NCBI GenBank assembly: GCA_963668565.2
Contig: CAXXMX010000006.1
Span: 1 to 24,000, forward strand
Length of the DNA stretch: 24,000 nt
Direction of reading: 5' to 3'
Origin: Acidimicrobiales bacterium
GTDB lineage: Bacteria > Actinomycetota > Acidimicrobiia > Acidimicrobiales > CATQHL01
Of this stretch, positions 23,790-24,000 are shown one piece after another. The notes beneath the pieces are model-generated. The model was not told where the DNA came from, did no database searches, and saw only the letters and a program-made list of their open reading frames with translations. Position numbers and translations under genes: made by a program. How positions within the stretch are numbered: position 1 is the first letter of the stretch; the number at the start of each line of letters is the position of its first letter.

Positions 23790-24000
23790 TCCGTATCTGA
23801 GCTATGAGGAGTTCCCGTTTCCTGGCCGGCGGTTCACGGCGCTCAGCGGGGGATATGAGCTTGCGTGCGCCATCGACATTGACCGGAGCCTGGCATGCAC
23901 GCTCTACGGCTATGTGATCGACTTGGCCCGCCATTTACCCGAGGGTGAGTTCGTGTCGGTGTCGGCGGGGCATGCGCAGGTGTGCGGGGTGCGGGTGGAT
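23650..24000 (+). CDS. RCC1-like repeat protein coding sequence, without a recognisable N-terminus, continuing past the window end
   Basis: Frame 1 is open from 23545 to the window end. It reads ...PESAAGWITIDGLRTGGMCGIHTDGALQCWGGEDFHLGGPP...FTALSGGYELACAIDIDRSLACTLYG...EGEFVSVSAGHAQVCGVRVD, which shows the repeated S.G..H.CG...DG.L.CWG pattern of RCC1/beta-propeller repeats. It is absent from the ORF track because there is no stop inside the window. Confidence 0.6.
   Translation, partial: MLEFPESAAGWITIDGLRTGGMCGIHTDGALQCWGGEDFHLGGPPDDPYLSYEEFPFPGRRFTALSGGYELACAIDIDRSLACTLYGYVIDLARHLPEGEFVSVSAGHAQVCGVRVD

Overview
High-GC (about 70%) chromosomal segment, probably actinobacterial, in which ordinary metabolic genes are mixed with mobile elements and decayed genes. 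No tRNA, rRNA or CRISPR array was seen.

Gene content from left to right:
- The 3' end of a DUF4143 ATPase gene.
- A frameshifted rve-type integrase gene.
- An apparently complete group II intron (RT/maturase, domains V and VI, and an EBS1-IBS1 match) lying 64 bp upstream of that integrase.
- A small hypothetical ORF.
- An RNase Z-like MBL hydrolase.
- An IS982-family element with 22-bp inverted repeats, inserted between the MBL gene and two overlapping tandem paralogs of alkylsulfatase-like MBL enzymes.
- A FadR-type GntR regulator, divergent from an operon made of a DgoD-like enolase-superfamily dehydratase and a ytfQRT-yjfF-like sugar ABC transporter.
- A mazEF-type toxin-antitoxin pair sitting among gene remnants (a partial duplicate of the FGGY kinase and a histidine-kinase tail).
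- An FGGY sugar kinase whose start overlaps the stop of a 1446-aa Lhr helicase.
- A livF-like ATPase gene whose 3' end is replaced by a 5'-truncated RCC1-repeat coding sequence.

The most unusual signal is in the ABC operon. The binding-protein, ATPase and first permease genes each carry exactly one in-frame stop (TGA 10965, TAG 13383, TAG 14375) and no frameshift. Motifs, codon bias and the overlapping gene junctions all stay intact. This could be very recent substitution-only pseudogenisation, stop-codon read-through, or base-call error; the sequence alone cannot tell these apart. Many long ORFs in the track are antisense or off-frame shadows typical of GC-rich DNA and were not called.
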